A DNA stretch of 64,000 bases from a virus (Duplodnaviria; Heunggongvirae; Uroviricota; Caudoviricetes). Made by a program: the position numbers and the translations under genes. Of this stretch, positions 1-8,671 are shown in pieces. How positions within the stretch are numbered: the stretch's first letter is position 1; every line of letters starts with the position of its first letter. The notes beneath the pieces are model-generated. The model was given only the letters and a program-made list of their open reading frames with translations, was not told where the DNA came from and did no database searches. The stretch lies in the IMG/VR virus record IMGVR_UViG_3300028549_001428. One strand, written 5' to 3'.

Positions 1-542
1 GAACCCATCGTGGTGGTTTCACATCAACTAAAATGTTTGCTATTGAAATGATTATTTCTATGGGATCGGCATTGTCAAGAAAGTACCATGATACACATTC
101 CAAGTCATATGATTTACGGGATAAGTGTGAAGATATTAAGAAGTACCGTGAACGATTCTTGGCTAGTCAGATTGTAGAAAAGGCACTTGACTTGGGTTGT
201 AGTTTTGTTGTATGCGAGGATATTGGATTTTCTCAACAGTACAAATCGAAGAAATCTAACAAATTACTTGCTTCAGTTAGACCAGCTATGTTTATGACTG
301 TCTTGAAAAATATGTGTAAGAATGCTCGTATTATTTGTAACACTACCGAATGTGCGTATACTAGCAGGTATGATTTCATAACAGGTAAGGAATTTACCAG
401 AACAGGAAAATTCAATGAAGTGGTAGTTGCGGAAAATTCTGTATTGAATGGACGAAATGCTAACACTATTGCTGCATGTAACATTGCATTGAATGCATTA
501 TCACCCAAGCATAGACGATGCAAGGCATTGTTGGGTAAATAA
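1..542 (+). CDS. TnpB-like RuvC nuclease, C-terminal part (5' end lies outside window)
   Basis: Reading frame is open to the window edge. It has a RuvC-II-like VVCEDIGF and a RuvC-III-like NANTIAACNIA, where the usual catalytic D appears replaced by N. The CxxC zinc finger is degenerate. It resembles 36948..38270. Confidence 0.5.
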   Translation, partial: THRGGFTSTKMFAIEMIISMGSALSRKYHDTHSKSYDLRDKCEDIKKYRERFLASQIVEKALDLGCSFVVCEDIGFSQQYKSKKSNKLLASVRPAMFMTVLKNMCKNARIICNTTECAYTSRYDFITGKEFTRTGKFNEVVVAENSVLNGRNANTIAACNIALNALSPKHRRCKALLGK

Positions 543-548
543 TGTACT

Positions 549-577
549 AAAAAAGACCTCTAGTAAGAGGTCTTTTA
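549..577. terminator. hairpin aaaagacctctagtaagaggtctttt plus T-run
   Basis: Perfect stem flanked by A- and T-runs, directly after the stop of the + ORF. Confidence 0.6.
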
Positions 578-886
578 TTTATATATTTCCACTGCTAAAA
601 AGCGTGATATAGCATCTATTTGGTCTTGTGATAGTCCATTCAGATCGATAATATGTTCTGTTGTTACTTTATTTTCGGTTTGAATAGTTTTTATTAATTT
701 GTTAGCTTTTGTTTTTGAGTATATAAACGAAGCACCACCAACCGACTTGATATATTTACCAACTGGGATCAGTCCTTTTTTAGCAAGTGTTTCTCTACTC
801 AGTGTTTTATTGAGTTTTTTATTGATGTAGCAACATATCGCTATCATCATCCAGGATAACATATTTAACATCGTTGAAATAGCCAT
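575..886 (-). CDS. hypothetical protein
   Basis: ORF in a packed co-directional block; overlaps the next ORF, so the start is uncertain. Confidence 0.3.
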   Translation of the reverse strand: MAISTMLNMLSWMMIAICCYINKKLNKTLSRETLAKKGLIPVGKYIKSVGGASFIYSKTKANKLIKTIQTENKVTTEHIIDLNGLSQDQIDAISRFLAVEIYK

Positions 887-1259
887 AGTTAATATGGATA
901 TACTCAGCTATTTCACAACCACGAGGTGTAGATATATTTGTACGTTGTTTGGTAGCAAGGTCATACATAGCAATGTTAGGAGTTTTCCCTGCTATATCCT
1001 CATTGAGTCCAACCGACTTAAATAGTTCGTTAATTTCTTCAACTGTTCTATTATTTCGCCAACAGGAAGATATAACTACTTTTGCACCAGTTTGTTTAAC
1101 TACTGAATTTATTAGTTCAATAGTTTTGGGATCGAATTCGGATTGAGGGTAGCCGATTTCGTCTGCTCTTTGTTGCTGATCTTTTTCTGTGTAATATAGT
1201 TCATGATTGAGAACACCATCAACATCCAAGAATATCAGTTTGTCTTTATGATTTTCCAT
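819..1259 (-). CDS. HAD-superfamily phosphatase-like protein
   Basis: HAD motif I FLDVDGVLN at residues 9-17. The gene is leaderless behind a TTTGCTATATT promoter. Confidence 0.55.
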   Translation of the reverse strand: MENHKDKLIFLDVDGVLNHELYYTEKDQQQRADEIGYPQSEFDPKTIELINSVVKQTGAKVVISSCWRNNRTVEEINELFKSVGLNEDIAGKTPNIAMYDLATKQRTNISTPRGCEIAEYIHINYGYFNDVKYVILDDDSDMLLHQ

Positions 1260-1270
1260 TGTTGCTCTAA

Positions 1271-1280
1271 ATATAGCAAA
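1271..1280 (-). promoter_or_regulatory. extended -10 promoter TTTGCTATATT (no -35)
   Basis: rc of atatagcaaa; about 9 nt to the ATG at 1259, preceded by a terminator hairpin. Confidence 0.55.
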
Positions 1281-1310
1281 AAGACCTTTTATTACAAGGT
1301 CTTTTTTATT
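1279..1310 (-). terminator. rho-independent terminator
   Basis: aaagacctt...aaggtcttttttatt hairpin plus T-run, read on the minus strand after gene 1316..1879. Confidence 0.6.
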
Positions 1311-1315
1311 TTAAA

Positions 1316-1879
1316 TTAGATTTTCTTTTTCATTAGTCCAAGACCATCACCATACGGTTCGATATAGATATATCGTAAGTATCCATCAACAGCATCATAG
1401 AATCGTAGACTAGATCCATATGTATTTACATCATTAACAATTAAAATTCTAAGTGATTCGTTTAGTTCAAGATCATTTATCATCCAATCATTCAATACTG
1501 ATGCTAGTCTTGGTTGGGTTCCTGTTGTCATAGTAGCTCGATCACCGCAGATGTTATACATAGCCATGTAGCCTTCAGTCGCCTTATAGCTACTGACCGC
1601 ATCGGTATTGAATCCATTACAAACAAACCCAATCTCACCTACATACAATGCGAGAGTTGTTTGTGTAGATGCTGATGAATATGTTACAATAGGGGTTGAT
1701 GCACTGTATTGAATTGCTTGACTACTAGAATATGTTATAATAGGGGTCGATGTACTGGATTGAGTTAGTTGACTGCTAGAACTTGTTGGTTCATTATAGT
1801 CAGGTGCGGTTGATGATTCATTACATCCTATCAATAGTGATGCGAGTAGGATTGTGATTATTGTCAAATACTTTTTCAT
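1316..1879 (-). CDS. lipoprotein with S/T-rich tandem repeats
   Basis: Signal peptide and lipobox LLASLLIGC, repeated STPI(I/V)TYSS units, SD aggaga upstream. Confidence 0.7.
   Translation of the reverse strand: MKKYLTIITILLASLLIGCNESSTAPDYNEPTSSSSQLTQSSTSTPIITYSSSQAIQYSASTPIVTYSSASTQTTLALYVGEIGFVCNGFNTDAVSSYKATEGYMAMYNICGDRATMTTGTQPRLASVLNDWMINDLELNESLRILIVNDVNTYGSSLRFYDAVDGYLRYIYIEPYGDGLGLMKKKI
1676..1790. repeat. ~48-bp tandem repeat (about 2.3 copies) inside the lipoprotein gene
   Basis: atatgttacaataggggttgatgcactg... is repeated as atatgttataataggggtcgatgtactg... Confidence 0.6.
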
Positions 1880-1918
1880 TATTATCTCCTGATAATGGTT
1901 TATTGGTTAACTGGGTTC

Positions 1919-1947
1919 AATATAGTAATGTATAATGAGTTTGTCAA
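1919..1947 (-). promoter_or_regulatory. sigma70-type promoter TTGACA-N17-TATATT
   Basis: rc of aatata-N17-tgtcaa; drives 1316..1879 via a 40-nt leader with an SD. Confidence 0.6.
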
Positions 1948-1963
1948 TTAATATTTTACTATT

Positions 1964-2416
1964 TTATCCACCCATTAAGGAATAACTACAATTTCTTTTT
2001 CCACCTTTGTAGTACCATTCTTTATCATGTGGGTGTTGCCAGTTGGTACACCTTACAGCTACGCCGCTAGTACATTCCAGATCGGAGCCACATTCTGGAC
2101 ATCCATTTGGTACAATAAATTTATCACCCAGTAATGATTTCCATTTCATTTTATAGCGCAGTTTACCACCATACTTATGATCCATCTTATCCAACCATTC
2201 AAATAGTTTTAGGTGTTTAATAGTCCAATAGACTTTATCACATAATTGTAAATATTTAAACTTAGGATCTTTGGGATGTAATGCCATCTTTCCTTTAGTT
2301 ATAACCCACCAATATGAGTTATGCGACCATTGAAATATAGCGTAGAATGGGTTAATTGATTTGTATTTGAACATACCAATTAGAAAGATCAAGCAGATTA
2401 TTAATAAAGTTATCAT
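1964..2416 (-). CDS. membrane-anchored Cys-rich protein
   Basis: N-terminal TM helix and a C-terminal CPECG...C..C cluster. Confidence 0.5.
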   Translation of the reverse strand: MITLLIICLIFLIGMFKYKSINPFYAIFQWSHNSYWWVITKGKMALHPKDPKFKYLQLCDKVYWTIKHLKLFEWLDKMDHKYGGKLRYKMKWKSLLGDKFIVPNGCPECGSDLECTSGVAVRCTNWQHPHDKEWYYKGGKRNCSYSLMGG

Positions 2417-2431
2417 TATTTTATTTTTCCA

Positions 2432-2818
2432 TTAAAGTGCAAGGTAGCATAAATCACATTCGATATATGAATCATCTTCAATGAATGTGAATGCTAGTTT
2501 TTGTGTATTTGGACTGATAATCACGTCCTTTACTGTATTGTATCTGTATGTGCTTTTAAAGGGTTTAGGAGCACGTTTGCCATCACCTGAACACTTCACT
2601 ACACGTTTACCGATCATTGCTTTAAGGTCATCTTCTGTGCGTTCATGATCTACACTGAATGTAGTTCCATGTTCAACGCAAGAGCCATCATCTAGAAATG
2701 TCAATTGAAATGGTAGTGGAATATCCTTTGATTCCCAAGCTGCTTTTCCCATTCCTCTGAAACGAATTTGCAATCCATTTTCGAGGACATACCAAATATC
2801 TTTTTTAATTGTAATCAT
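2432..2818 (-). CDS. hypothetical protein
   Basis: ORF in a packed co-directional block. Confidence 0.5.
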   Translation of the reverse strand: MITIKKDIWYVLENGLQIRFRGMGKAAWESKDIPLPFQLTFLDDGSCVEHGTTFSVDHERTEDDLKAMIGKRVVKCSGDGKRAPKPFKSTYRYNTVKDVIISPNTQKLAFTFIEDDSYIECDLCYLAL

Positions 2819-2908
2819 TAGTTAATCGCATGGTGGTTTTGGAGCCGTTGTCAAATGTCTCGCTGTATAACAGCAACGAGATAGACAAGGCTGTGAAGGT
2901 CGAAGCCC

Positions 2909-3187
2909 CTATCTCTTTATGATAGAGAGGTCGTTCACGAACATATTGACAGCGGTTTCGATATTATGTGCATCAATTTCACCACCATATTGTATATTTA
3001 TGTTATTCATATCATGAGCATGTACAACATATGTTTTATCACCGAATTCATCTAGTGAATCTTCTTGTTCATATACATGGATATGAATATTGTTATATTC
3101 ACATTCCAGACAGTCTCTGGTGTTTTGATATAGTTGAGAATGTTCTTTGAGTGATTTGTAGTCAGTTACTTTCATTTTAATATCCAA
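2909..3187 (-). CDS. hypothetical protein
   Basis: ORF in a packed co-directional block. Confidence 0.45.
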   Translation of the reverse strand: MDIKMKVTDYKSLKEHSQLYQNTRDCLECEYNNIHIHVYEQEDSLDEFGDKTYVVHAHDMNNINIQYGGEIDAHNIETAVNMFVNDLSIIKR

Positions 3188-3325
3188 TATAAATTATTGC
3201 ATTGTTTAGGTTATCATCCATCCAATATGCACCACACCGTAATCCGATAGCAACACAATTAGGATTCCACATCTCGTAGGTCATATCATATTCGGGGGAG
3301 TCATCGTACCACATTGCATGTATAA

Positions 3326-4156
3326 TCATTGTTTGTTATATAATTCTTTGTTAAACATACCACAAGAGGAACCCACATCACGACCAGGTGGGTTATAGAA
3401 TTCAACTGTGTTTGATGGGAATAATGTTCTGATATATTCTTCAGATAACTTTGTATTTGTATATCCATTGGTTTCACTTAGCGTAAGGAATTTAACTGTA
3501 CTTCCATCAGCTTTTATCTTGGATTCAAATACTTTTAATTCTTTTACACTGTCATTCACACCATTTACTAATGTGTAATGATATTCGATTGGATTTCCAG
3601 TTGATGTATGGAATTCTTGTAATAATTTAATTGATGTGCGTATACCTATTCCACTCGGCACTATTTTATCACGATTGGATATACCATGTACCGACAAGTG
3701 AACTTTGATGTTAAAGTTCATGTGGTTTAATGTCCACTTAGTTAGATATTCCATTGCATTCATATTTGGCATCATAGTGGAGATACCGAATCGTATACGA
3801 TCATACTTAGCCTGTAGGAGTTCCATAGAGGCTGTTAATTCATTCAGATTAAGCAGAGGTTCACCCACACCCATAAAGCTGATAAGCAATGCTTTATCGG
3901 CTTTGTATTCAATTTGTGCAAGGTAATCAACTACTGATACTATCCAATCTGCTGATAGATTTTTGGATGGTCTATTAGTTCCTGTAAGGTGACAGAATGT
4001 GCATCCCATTTTACAATTTGTTTGAGTAGGTAGGCAAAAAATAAGTTTTGTATCTTTGCGAATGATTGATACTTCATTCTTACCAAATGTTTCATCACTA
4101 ACTATGTATTTGGTTACATCATCTATAGTTGAATCTATTTTTTCAGTTATCCACAT
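3326..4156 (-). CDS. radical SAM enzyme
   Basis: CKMGCTFC (CxxxCxxC) near residue 48, followed by a GVGEPLL glycine-rich SAM motif. Confidence 0.75.
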   Translation of the reverse strand: MWITEKIDSTIDDVTKYIVSDETFGKNEVSIIRKDTKLIFCLPTQTNCKMGCTFCHLTGTNRPSKNLSADWIVSVVDYLAQIEYKADKALLISFMGVGEPLLNLNELTASMELLQAKYDRIRFGISTMMPNMNAMEYLTKWTLNHMNFNIKVHLSVHGISNRDKIVPSGIGIRTSIKLLQEFHTSTGNPIEYHYTLVNGVNDSVKELKVFESKIKADGSTVKFLTLSETNGYTNTKLSEEYIRTLFPSNTVEFYNPPGRDVGSSCGMFNKELYNKQ

Positions 4157-4159
4157 AAA

Positions 4160-4546
4160 TTATTCCTTATTCTTTACAACGAAATATCTAAGACGATTTA
4201 CATATGTAAAATGAACAGTATCACCAATATTATGACCATACACCCAAGCATCATTCAAATTTACATTATGACATCCACCACTACAATCTATATAACTACC
4301 GTCAGAATCAGTTAAGTGATTCCCACATGCTGTAAATGTGAAATGCATATTATTTGCTGTATTTTTGAACAATGCAGTATTACACAACGCAGGTGATGTT
4401 GTTTTTCCTGATTGAATCATAGCATCTTCATTTTGATTAATTTTAACGATGACTGCGGTTACATTGACATCAGTAGATGTACCAATGGTTGTATTTCCAC
4501 ATGCCATGAACATTAATGATAGTATTGTAATTATTAAGTATTTCAT
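4160..4546 (-). CDS. lipoprotein (paralog of 41864..42280 C-terminal module)
   Basis: Lipobox LMFMACG; the C-terminal NDAWVYGHNIGDTVHF module is shared with 41864..42280. Confidence 0.6.
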   Translation of the reverse strand: MKYLIITILSLMFMACGNTTIGTSTDVNVTAVIVKINQNEDAMIQSGKTTSPALCNTALFKNTANNMHFTFTACGNHLTDSDGSYIDCSGGCHNVNLNDAWVYGHNIGDTVHFTYVNRLRYFVVKNKE

Positions 4547-4718
4547 ATTGACTCTTTTTTATTAGGCGGTGAAATTGTGTATAATTGGTTTTAGCCAATG
4601 CCATAGTTTAGGTAGTAACCAAACAGTAGCACCACCAACAGACATTGCAACTACTATTACAAATATAAAAAAATACAACTAATTGTTGTCCGAAATCATC
4701 AAACATAATATATCCTTC

Positions 4719-5102
4719 TTAATTTGTTTCATCTTTTTCATCTGCGATTAATCCATGTTTGCGCAGCTCAGTTCCCCACTCGCTAACCCATCTCTCAATC
4801 TGTCTAAAATCACAGATATGAAATCTGATCCAGTTTTCAGGCAAGGCGTGAGGAAATTCACCATCACTATGAATTACCCATTCAAGGCATCCATTTGGTT
4901 GTGAATTGTTACCTTCAAAATGCATGTGAGTATAATACCCACCTATTTGAAATCCACGATTCATAGCATAGCTAGGACATGTAGTACAGTCTTGCAATCC
5001 TTCATTAGCAATACCTAACTTACAAGGATAATACCATCTAGTATTTTCGGCTGATACACCTTCACCGTGATTTAAACAATCAAAACATTTATTATTTTTC
5101 AT
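4719..5102 (-). CDS. hypothetical Cys-rich protein
   Basis: ORF; no promoter of its own. It begins 1-2 nt after the right-end hairpin of the IsrB element. Confidence 0.5.
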   Translation of the reverse strand: MKNNKCFDCLNHGEGVSAENTRWYYPCKLGIANEGLQDCTTCPSYAMNRGFQIGGYYTHMHFEGNNSQPNGCLEWVIHSDGEFPHALPENWIRFHICDFRQIERWVSEWGTELRKHGLIADEKDETN

Positions 5103-5128
5103 ATGAACCCCATGAAACCCCTGAATCT

Positions 5129-6148
5129 TCAGTTCAGGGGAGACAAAATAATATAATTGTTGTAGGATTTAAAGGTTATGTCGGAATGCGAAGCGTTCTG
5201 ACATAACCTTTTTCCTGTTTTTAAGTTATGTAGACTTATTCTATTATTGGAAGTTCCACCAATCGTACACGTTCCATATTTAGGATGTGCTACAATTGAT
5301 CCTCTTCTGAAACCTATGGATCTCGTTGACCCATAGGGTCTACGGATTCCACCCTTTGCAGGTTGAAATGCATGTAACTGTCTACGATGAAACTGCATTG
5401 GTTTAATCAATAACATAGACCTGTCAATACTTGGTAAAGATTTCATCTGCGATGACGCAAGCACCCATGAATCGACACAATGCGCATCCCATGTATTAGA
5501 AAGTTTGTTAGAATTCTTTGAAAAGTCATGTTGCTTACGCAACGTTGCTGTTTCAAACCCCTGTAACAAAATTACGTTTAACCCAAGTGATTCTAATTGT
5601 GAATAGAACCATTTTTTCCCCACTTCGAGTGGAGAAAATGAAACATTCCATTTCTTTTTATCAGGCTTCGTTACAGCTTTTATATCTTCTATCACAGCAG
5701 TTGAAATAGGAAATATTTGTTTCATTGACATAATCAGATTTAGTTTTGCTTGCCATCTAGCTTTAGTGCTCGGTGGCAACCATTCTTTATCAGAACAATT
5801 CAAATACTTGTTTTTCCTACATGGCGTATTACGTTGCCTTCTCGATCTACGAGCATTTCTGCGTGATTCTAATGCGTCCTTAACCCAAGTGACAGCATCC
5901 AACTGTATATTCAATACAGTTTTCTTTTCTGTTGTTATTGATAAGCCTTCTTTCTTTGATCCGGGGTCTACCCCGATAGTTATTGGTTGAATCTTATTGT
6001 CGGAAGGTGCTCTGTTCAACCTGATACAGAACACACCTTTATGGATGAAAGGAGTCGCTTGTCTGGATGCAATGAGCCGTCTTGCCCTTGTGGGACAAGT
6101 CGGCATCAATACCATTCCATTATATATAACTCCTACTGACATCATCAT
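5129..6148 (-). CDS. isrB: IsrB (HNH-less IscB-family RNA-guided RuvC nickase)
   Basis: PLMP domain VLMPTCPTRARRLIASRQATPF, RuvC-I IGVDPGSKKEG, Arg-rich bridge helix ESRRNARRSRRQR, RuvC-II AVIEDIKA, RuvC-III TWDAHCVDSWVLA. Only about 70 aa separate RuvC-II and RuvC-III, so there is no HNH. Length 339 aa. Confidence 0.8.
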   Translation of the reverse strand: MMMSVGVIYNGMVLMPTCPTRARRLIASRQATPFIHKGVFCIRLNRAPSDNKIQPITIGVDPGSKKEGLSITTEKKTVLNIQLDAVTWVKDALESRRNARRSRRQRNTPCRKNKYLNCSDKEWLPPSTKARWQAKLNLIMSMKQIFPISTAVIEDIKAVTKPDKKKWNVSFSPLEVGKKWFYSQLESLGLNVILLQGFETATLRKQHDFSKNSNKLSNTWDAHCVDSWVLASSQMKSLPSIDRSMLLIKPMQFHRRQLHAFQPAKGGIRRPYGSTRSIGFRRGSIVAHPKYGTCTIGGTSNNRISLHNLKTGKRLCQNASHSDITFKSYNNYIILSPLN

Positions 6149-6415
6149 TCCTTATAAAATTTGGTCTTACGACCACTCCCTTTCGGGGTATATATTCATC
6201 TTCGTCACTGACCGACCCATAGCCTCCAACTAGACGAGTATCAGAGGGTGTATTTCGTACTGTCACGTACATTCAGTTCAGTTTGATATACCATTGCCTC
6301 TTGCGAGACAAGGCTCTCATAGACTAGTTCAATCATTCAATATATCCCATGAACTCTCACGAAGTTGACAAACCTTCCAAATTCACAAGCCCCTTGGTCT
6401 TTAACCGAGGGGTGA
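6149..6415 (-). ncRNA. putative IsrB omega-RNA scaffold
   Basis: A ~270 nt non-coding stretch immediately 5' of isrB, markedly GC-richer than its surroundings and containing many hairpins. Its position matches where IscB/IsrB omega-RNAs are encoded, and a promoter lies just upstream. Confidence 0.55.
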
Positions 6416-6428
6416 TTGACATACTACA

Positions 6429-6438
6429 ATATAGCAAA
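6429..6438 (-). promoter_or_regulatory. extended -10 promoter TTTGCTATATT feeding the omega-RNA/isrB
   Basis: rc of atatagcaaa, abutting the left end of the IsrB element. Confidence 0.5.
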
Positions 6439-6466
6439 ACGTGTCTTAAATTGAAACATTTTTATT

Positions 6467-6802
6467 TTAACTAGTAAATGGAGGGTCGTTGTATCTACCT
6501 TTGGCAGATTCTTCCTCTAGATTGTCTTGATACATAGCATTCACCAGTTCGATTAGTGCCTTTCTAGTTCTAGGTGATCTACCACCACCAGAACCGATTG
6601 TGCAGAATTGCACAGTATACCCAAATATACTTGATTGCATAGGATCATCTAGATCAGGAGTAACTGCCACAATTATATCACCATCGGGTTCTATAATTAC
6701 TTTTAAAGTGCCTACAGGAGACATGTCTTCATGTCGTTCTACGCATCTAGAGTTCAATTCATACCCATTTTTTAGTAAATCTACCACATTTTGTACACAC
6801 AA
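6467..6802 (-). CDS. hypothetical protein
   Basis: ORF in a packed block. Confidence 0.5.
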   Translation of the reverse strand: MCVQNVVDLLKNGYELNSRCVERHEDMSPVGTLKVIIEPDGDIIVAVTPDLDDPMQSSIFGYTVQFCTIGSGGGRSPRTRKALIELVNAMYQDNLEEESAKGRYNDPPFTS

Positions 6803-7121
6803 ATAGATATCGTGTACCAGTTGGGTATTCGTTGTTTCTTATTTGTTTCCACTCATGAAGACAAGTATCACCATATATTAGTCGTATTAACCATTTTTAA
6901 ATCCTATATTATTTAAATTTTGTTAATTGAATCATTTCGTATCCATCGAATTCATCATCTATTAATTCGATTTGTACGTTTGAATTTAACTGTTTTAGTT
7001 CTGCTGATATTGATTTAATTGTATTAATAATATCACATGATCCACTGTATATAAATTTTAATTTTGTTTGTACTTCTATTTCATTCATTGTATTATCCTC
7101 CTATGTATGGATACTCTCTAT

Positions 7122-7319
7122 TTAACGTTTTAGCTCTATAAGAGTCGTTTCTTTAGCGATAGGACTGTGAGCATCCCAGAATATTTTATCAAGCTCAGAA
7201 CAATCCATAACGGGTTCTAATGATGATCCATAATATTGATACCAACAATCGGTGTCGAATCTTATGTATTCTTGATCTTTATATGTCACTGAATGGTGAG
7301 TTGATTTTTCAATTTTCAT
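7122..7319 (-). CDS. hypothetical protein
   Basis: ORF; an ATGA overlap with an upstream 46-aa ORF (7318..7456) suggests translational coupling. Confidence 0.45.
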   Translation of the reverse strand: MKIEKSTHHSVTYKDQEYIRFDTDCWYQYYGSSLEPVMDCSELDKIFWDAHSPIAKETTLIELKR

Positions 7320-7452
7320 TTATTACCTGTGTATGGAACTTGTATGAAATGGAAATTTCCATTAGCTAGTTTAAACCCAACGAATGCTTGATTTCCTTTT
7401 ATAGCAAATACTTCAAATGAATGCGCATCAATTGGTAACTTAGTTTCATTTT

Positions 7453-7776
7453 TCATATTGAACTCGTTGCCAGTGGTATTTCTGGATTATTTTTAATTTC
7501 ATATAACTCATTTATGTTATTCCAATTAGATTTATCGCATGACTGATTGAGAATTTCCTGATTATACTTCAATTGATTTAATATTAATTCCATGTCATCA
7601 GAAATGGGTATTTCATTTGAACACTCTGCATAATTTCTATGTATGATCTTTTTGCTTTCCACTATTTGCCTTTGTAATGCTCCCATTTGAATTCTTTCAT
7701 CTTGTGTAATGGTTCCATTATTAAATCTAACTTTTAATCTGTAGTATGCGTCTTTGAGTTCTCTATGTGTATTCAT
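7453..7776 (-). CDS. hypothetical protein
   Basis: ORF; leaderless, 6-7 nt after the -10. Confidence 0.5.
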   Translation of the reverse strand: MNTHRELKDAYYRLKVRFNNGTITQDERIQMGALQRQIVESKKIIHRNYAECSNEIPISDDMELILNQLKYNQEILNQSCDKSNWNNINELYEIKNNPEIPLATSSI

Positions 7777-7783
7777 ATGACAA

Positions 7784-7793
7784 ATATAGCAAA
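7784..7793 (-). promoter_or_regulatory. extended -10 promoter TTTGCTATATT
   Basis: rc of atatagcaaa; 7 nt to the ATG at 7776. Confidence 0.55.
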
Positions 7794-7794
7794 A

Positions 7795-8184
7795 TTAATA
7801 AAATTTAACCCAATAATTTGGAAATATAGGTGCAACAATCACACGATTTTCTCTATTTAATTTATAATCCCAACAAGTTATTTTGATCCAAAATGGTGTT
7901 GATGGATATTTCTTTTCTATATGCATCATCAACTGCGATTTATAATGATTACTTTCTTCGTATGTTATTATTTGCATACATATTATATCACCCATTGGAT
8001 GTTTATCATCTTTTACAAATAAGTGAGCCACATTGCTGTATTCTCTTACTAATCTATAATAATCTTTAGATGTTAATTGATGAAAATATACTACATCAGT
8101 TTGATGAATAGATTCAATCCATTTATCAAATACATTATTTATAGCAAATTCAAATACTTTATGCTTTATCCAAGTTCGAATCAT
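7795..8184 (-). CDS. hypothetical protein
   Basis: ORF in a packed block. Confidence 0.5.
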   Translation of the reverse strand: MIRTWIKHKVFEFAINNVFDKWIESIHQTDVVYFHQLTSKDYYRLVREYSNVAHLFVKDDKHPMGDIICMQIITYEESNHYKSQLMMHIEKKYPSTPFWIKITCWDYKLNRENRVIVAPIFPNYWVKFY

Positions 8185-8190
8185 ATTAAT

Positions 8191-8670
8191 TCAAAGTATT
8201 GTTTGCACACCGAAATATTTATCTAGATCTATAACAGCTTGTCTTATAACATCAGGGGTTTCATGAATGCATTTGGTATCTTTGCTATATCGTAAATTAA
8301 TATATAACTCCTCCCTGCCTTGTGTATAATAGGCAACAATATCACCCACATCTACTCTAATACTACCAATTTTTACGAATGATCTGTGTTTGGTTTCTTC
8401 GGCAGCCGTTGGTATATTACGCATTTCATCTTCTGGATTTTTCATATAGTTTACAAATATCAAATCAACAGGTTTAAAAAACACTGTGATCATATTTTGT
8501 AAAACTAATTTTCCATTAATTGGTTTCCATGATTCACTTACACATAGACTTTTCCATATTTCTGGGACATAGGCTACATTTCCTGTATGTAGTCCTGTCA
8601 TCATAGCATAATCGTTACACTTTTTATATATCATTTGAATTAATTGTTGTTCTGTCATATAATTCCACAA
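8191..8670 (-). CDS. hypothetical protein
   Basis: ORF in a packed block. Confidence 0.5.
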   Translation of the reverse strand: MWNYMTEQQLIQMIYKKCNDYAMMTGLHTGNVAYVPEIWKSLCVSESWKPINGKLVLQNMITVFFKPVDLIFVNYMKNPEDEMRNIPTAAEETKHRSFVKIGSIRVDVGDIVAYYTQGREELYINLRYSKDTKCIHETPDVIRQAVIDLDKYFGVQTIL

Positions 8671-8671
8671 A

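Larger units (their letters stand above)
5095..6430 (-). mobile_element. IS200/IS605-like element carrying isrB and its omega-RNA (no tnpA)
   Basis: Left-end hairpin ccccttggtctttaaccgagggg (about 6386-6410) and right-end hairpin cccctgaatcttcagttcagggg (about 5104-5128) bracket the omega-RNA region and isrB. Confidence 0.6.

Noticed and set aside
233-523. Opposite-strand or overlapping ORFs inside longer genes (for example 233..523, 949..1146, 2968..3150, 3705..3926, 5518..6233, 6600..6806, 19336..19886, 20099..20599, 27581..27934, 28623..29009, 30336..30641, 35936..36209, 37561..38366, 40063..40362, 41014..41815, 54453..54826, 60590..60868, 62040..62367, 62917..63389)
   Set aside because: They lie antisense to or nested in much longer ORFs that fit the co-directional operon structure. 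Many are low-complexity, typical of AT-rich antisense frames.
5165-5215. Strong 10-bp stem hairpin (aggttatgtc...gacataacct) followed by T-run, resembling a terminator
   Set aside because: It lies inside the 3' coding region of isrB, on the sense strand of a minus-strand gene as read on the plus strand. It is more likely part of the structured right end of the IS element than a terminator.
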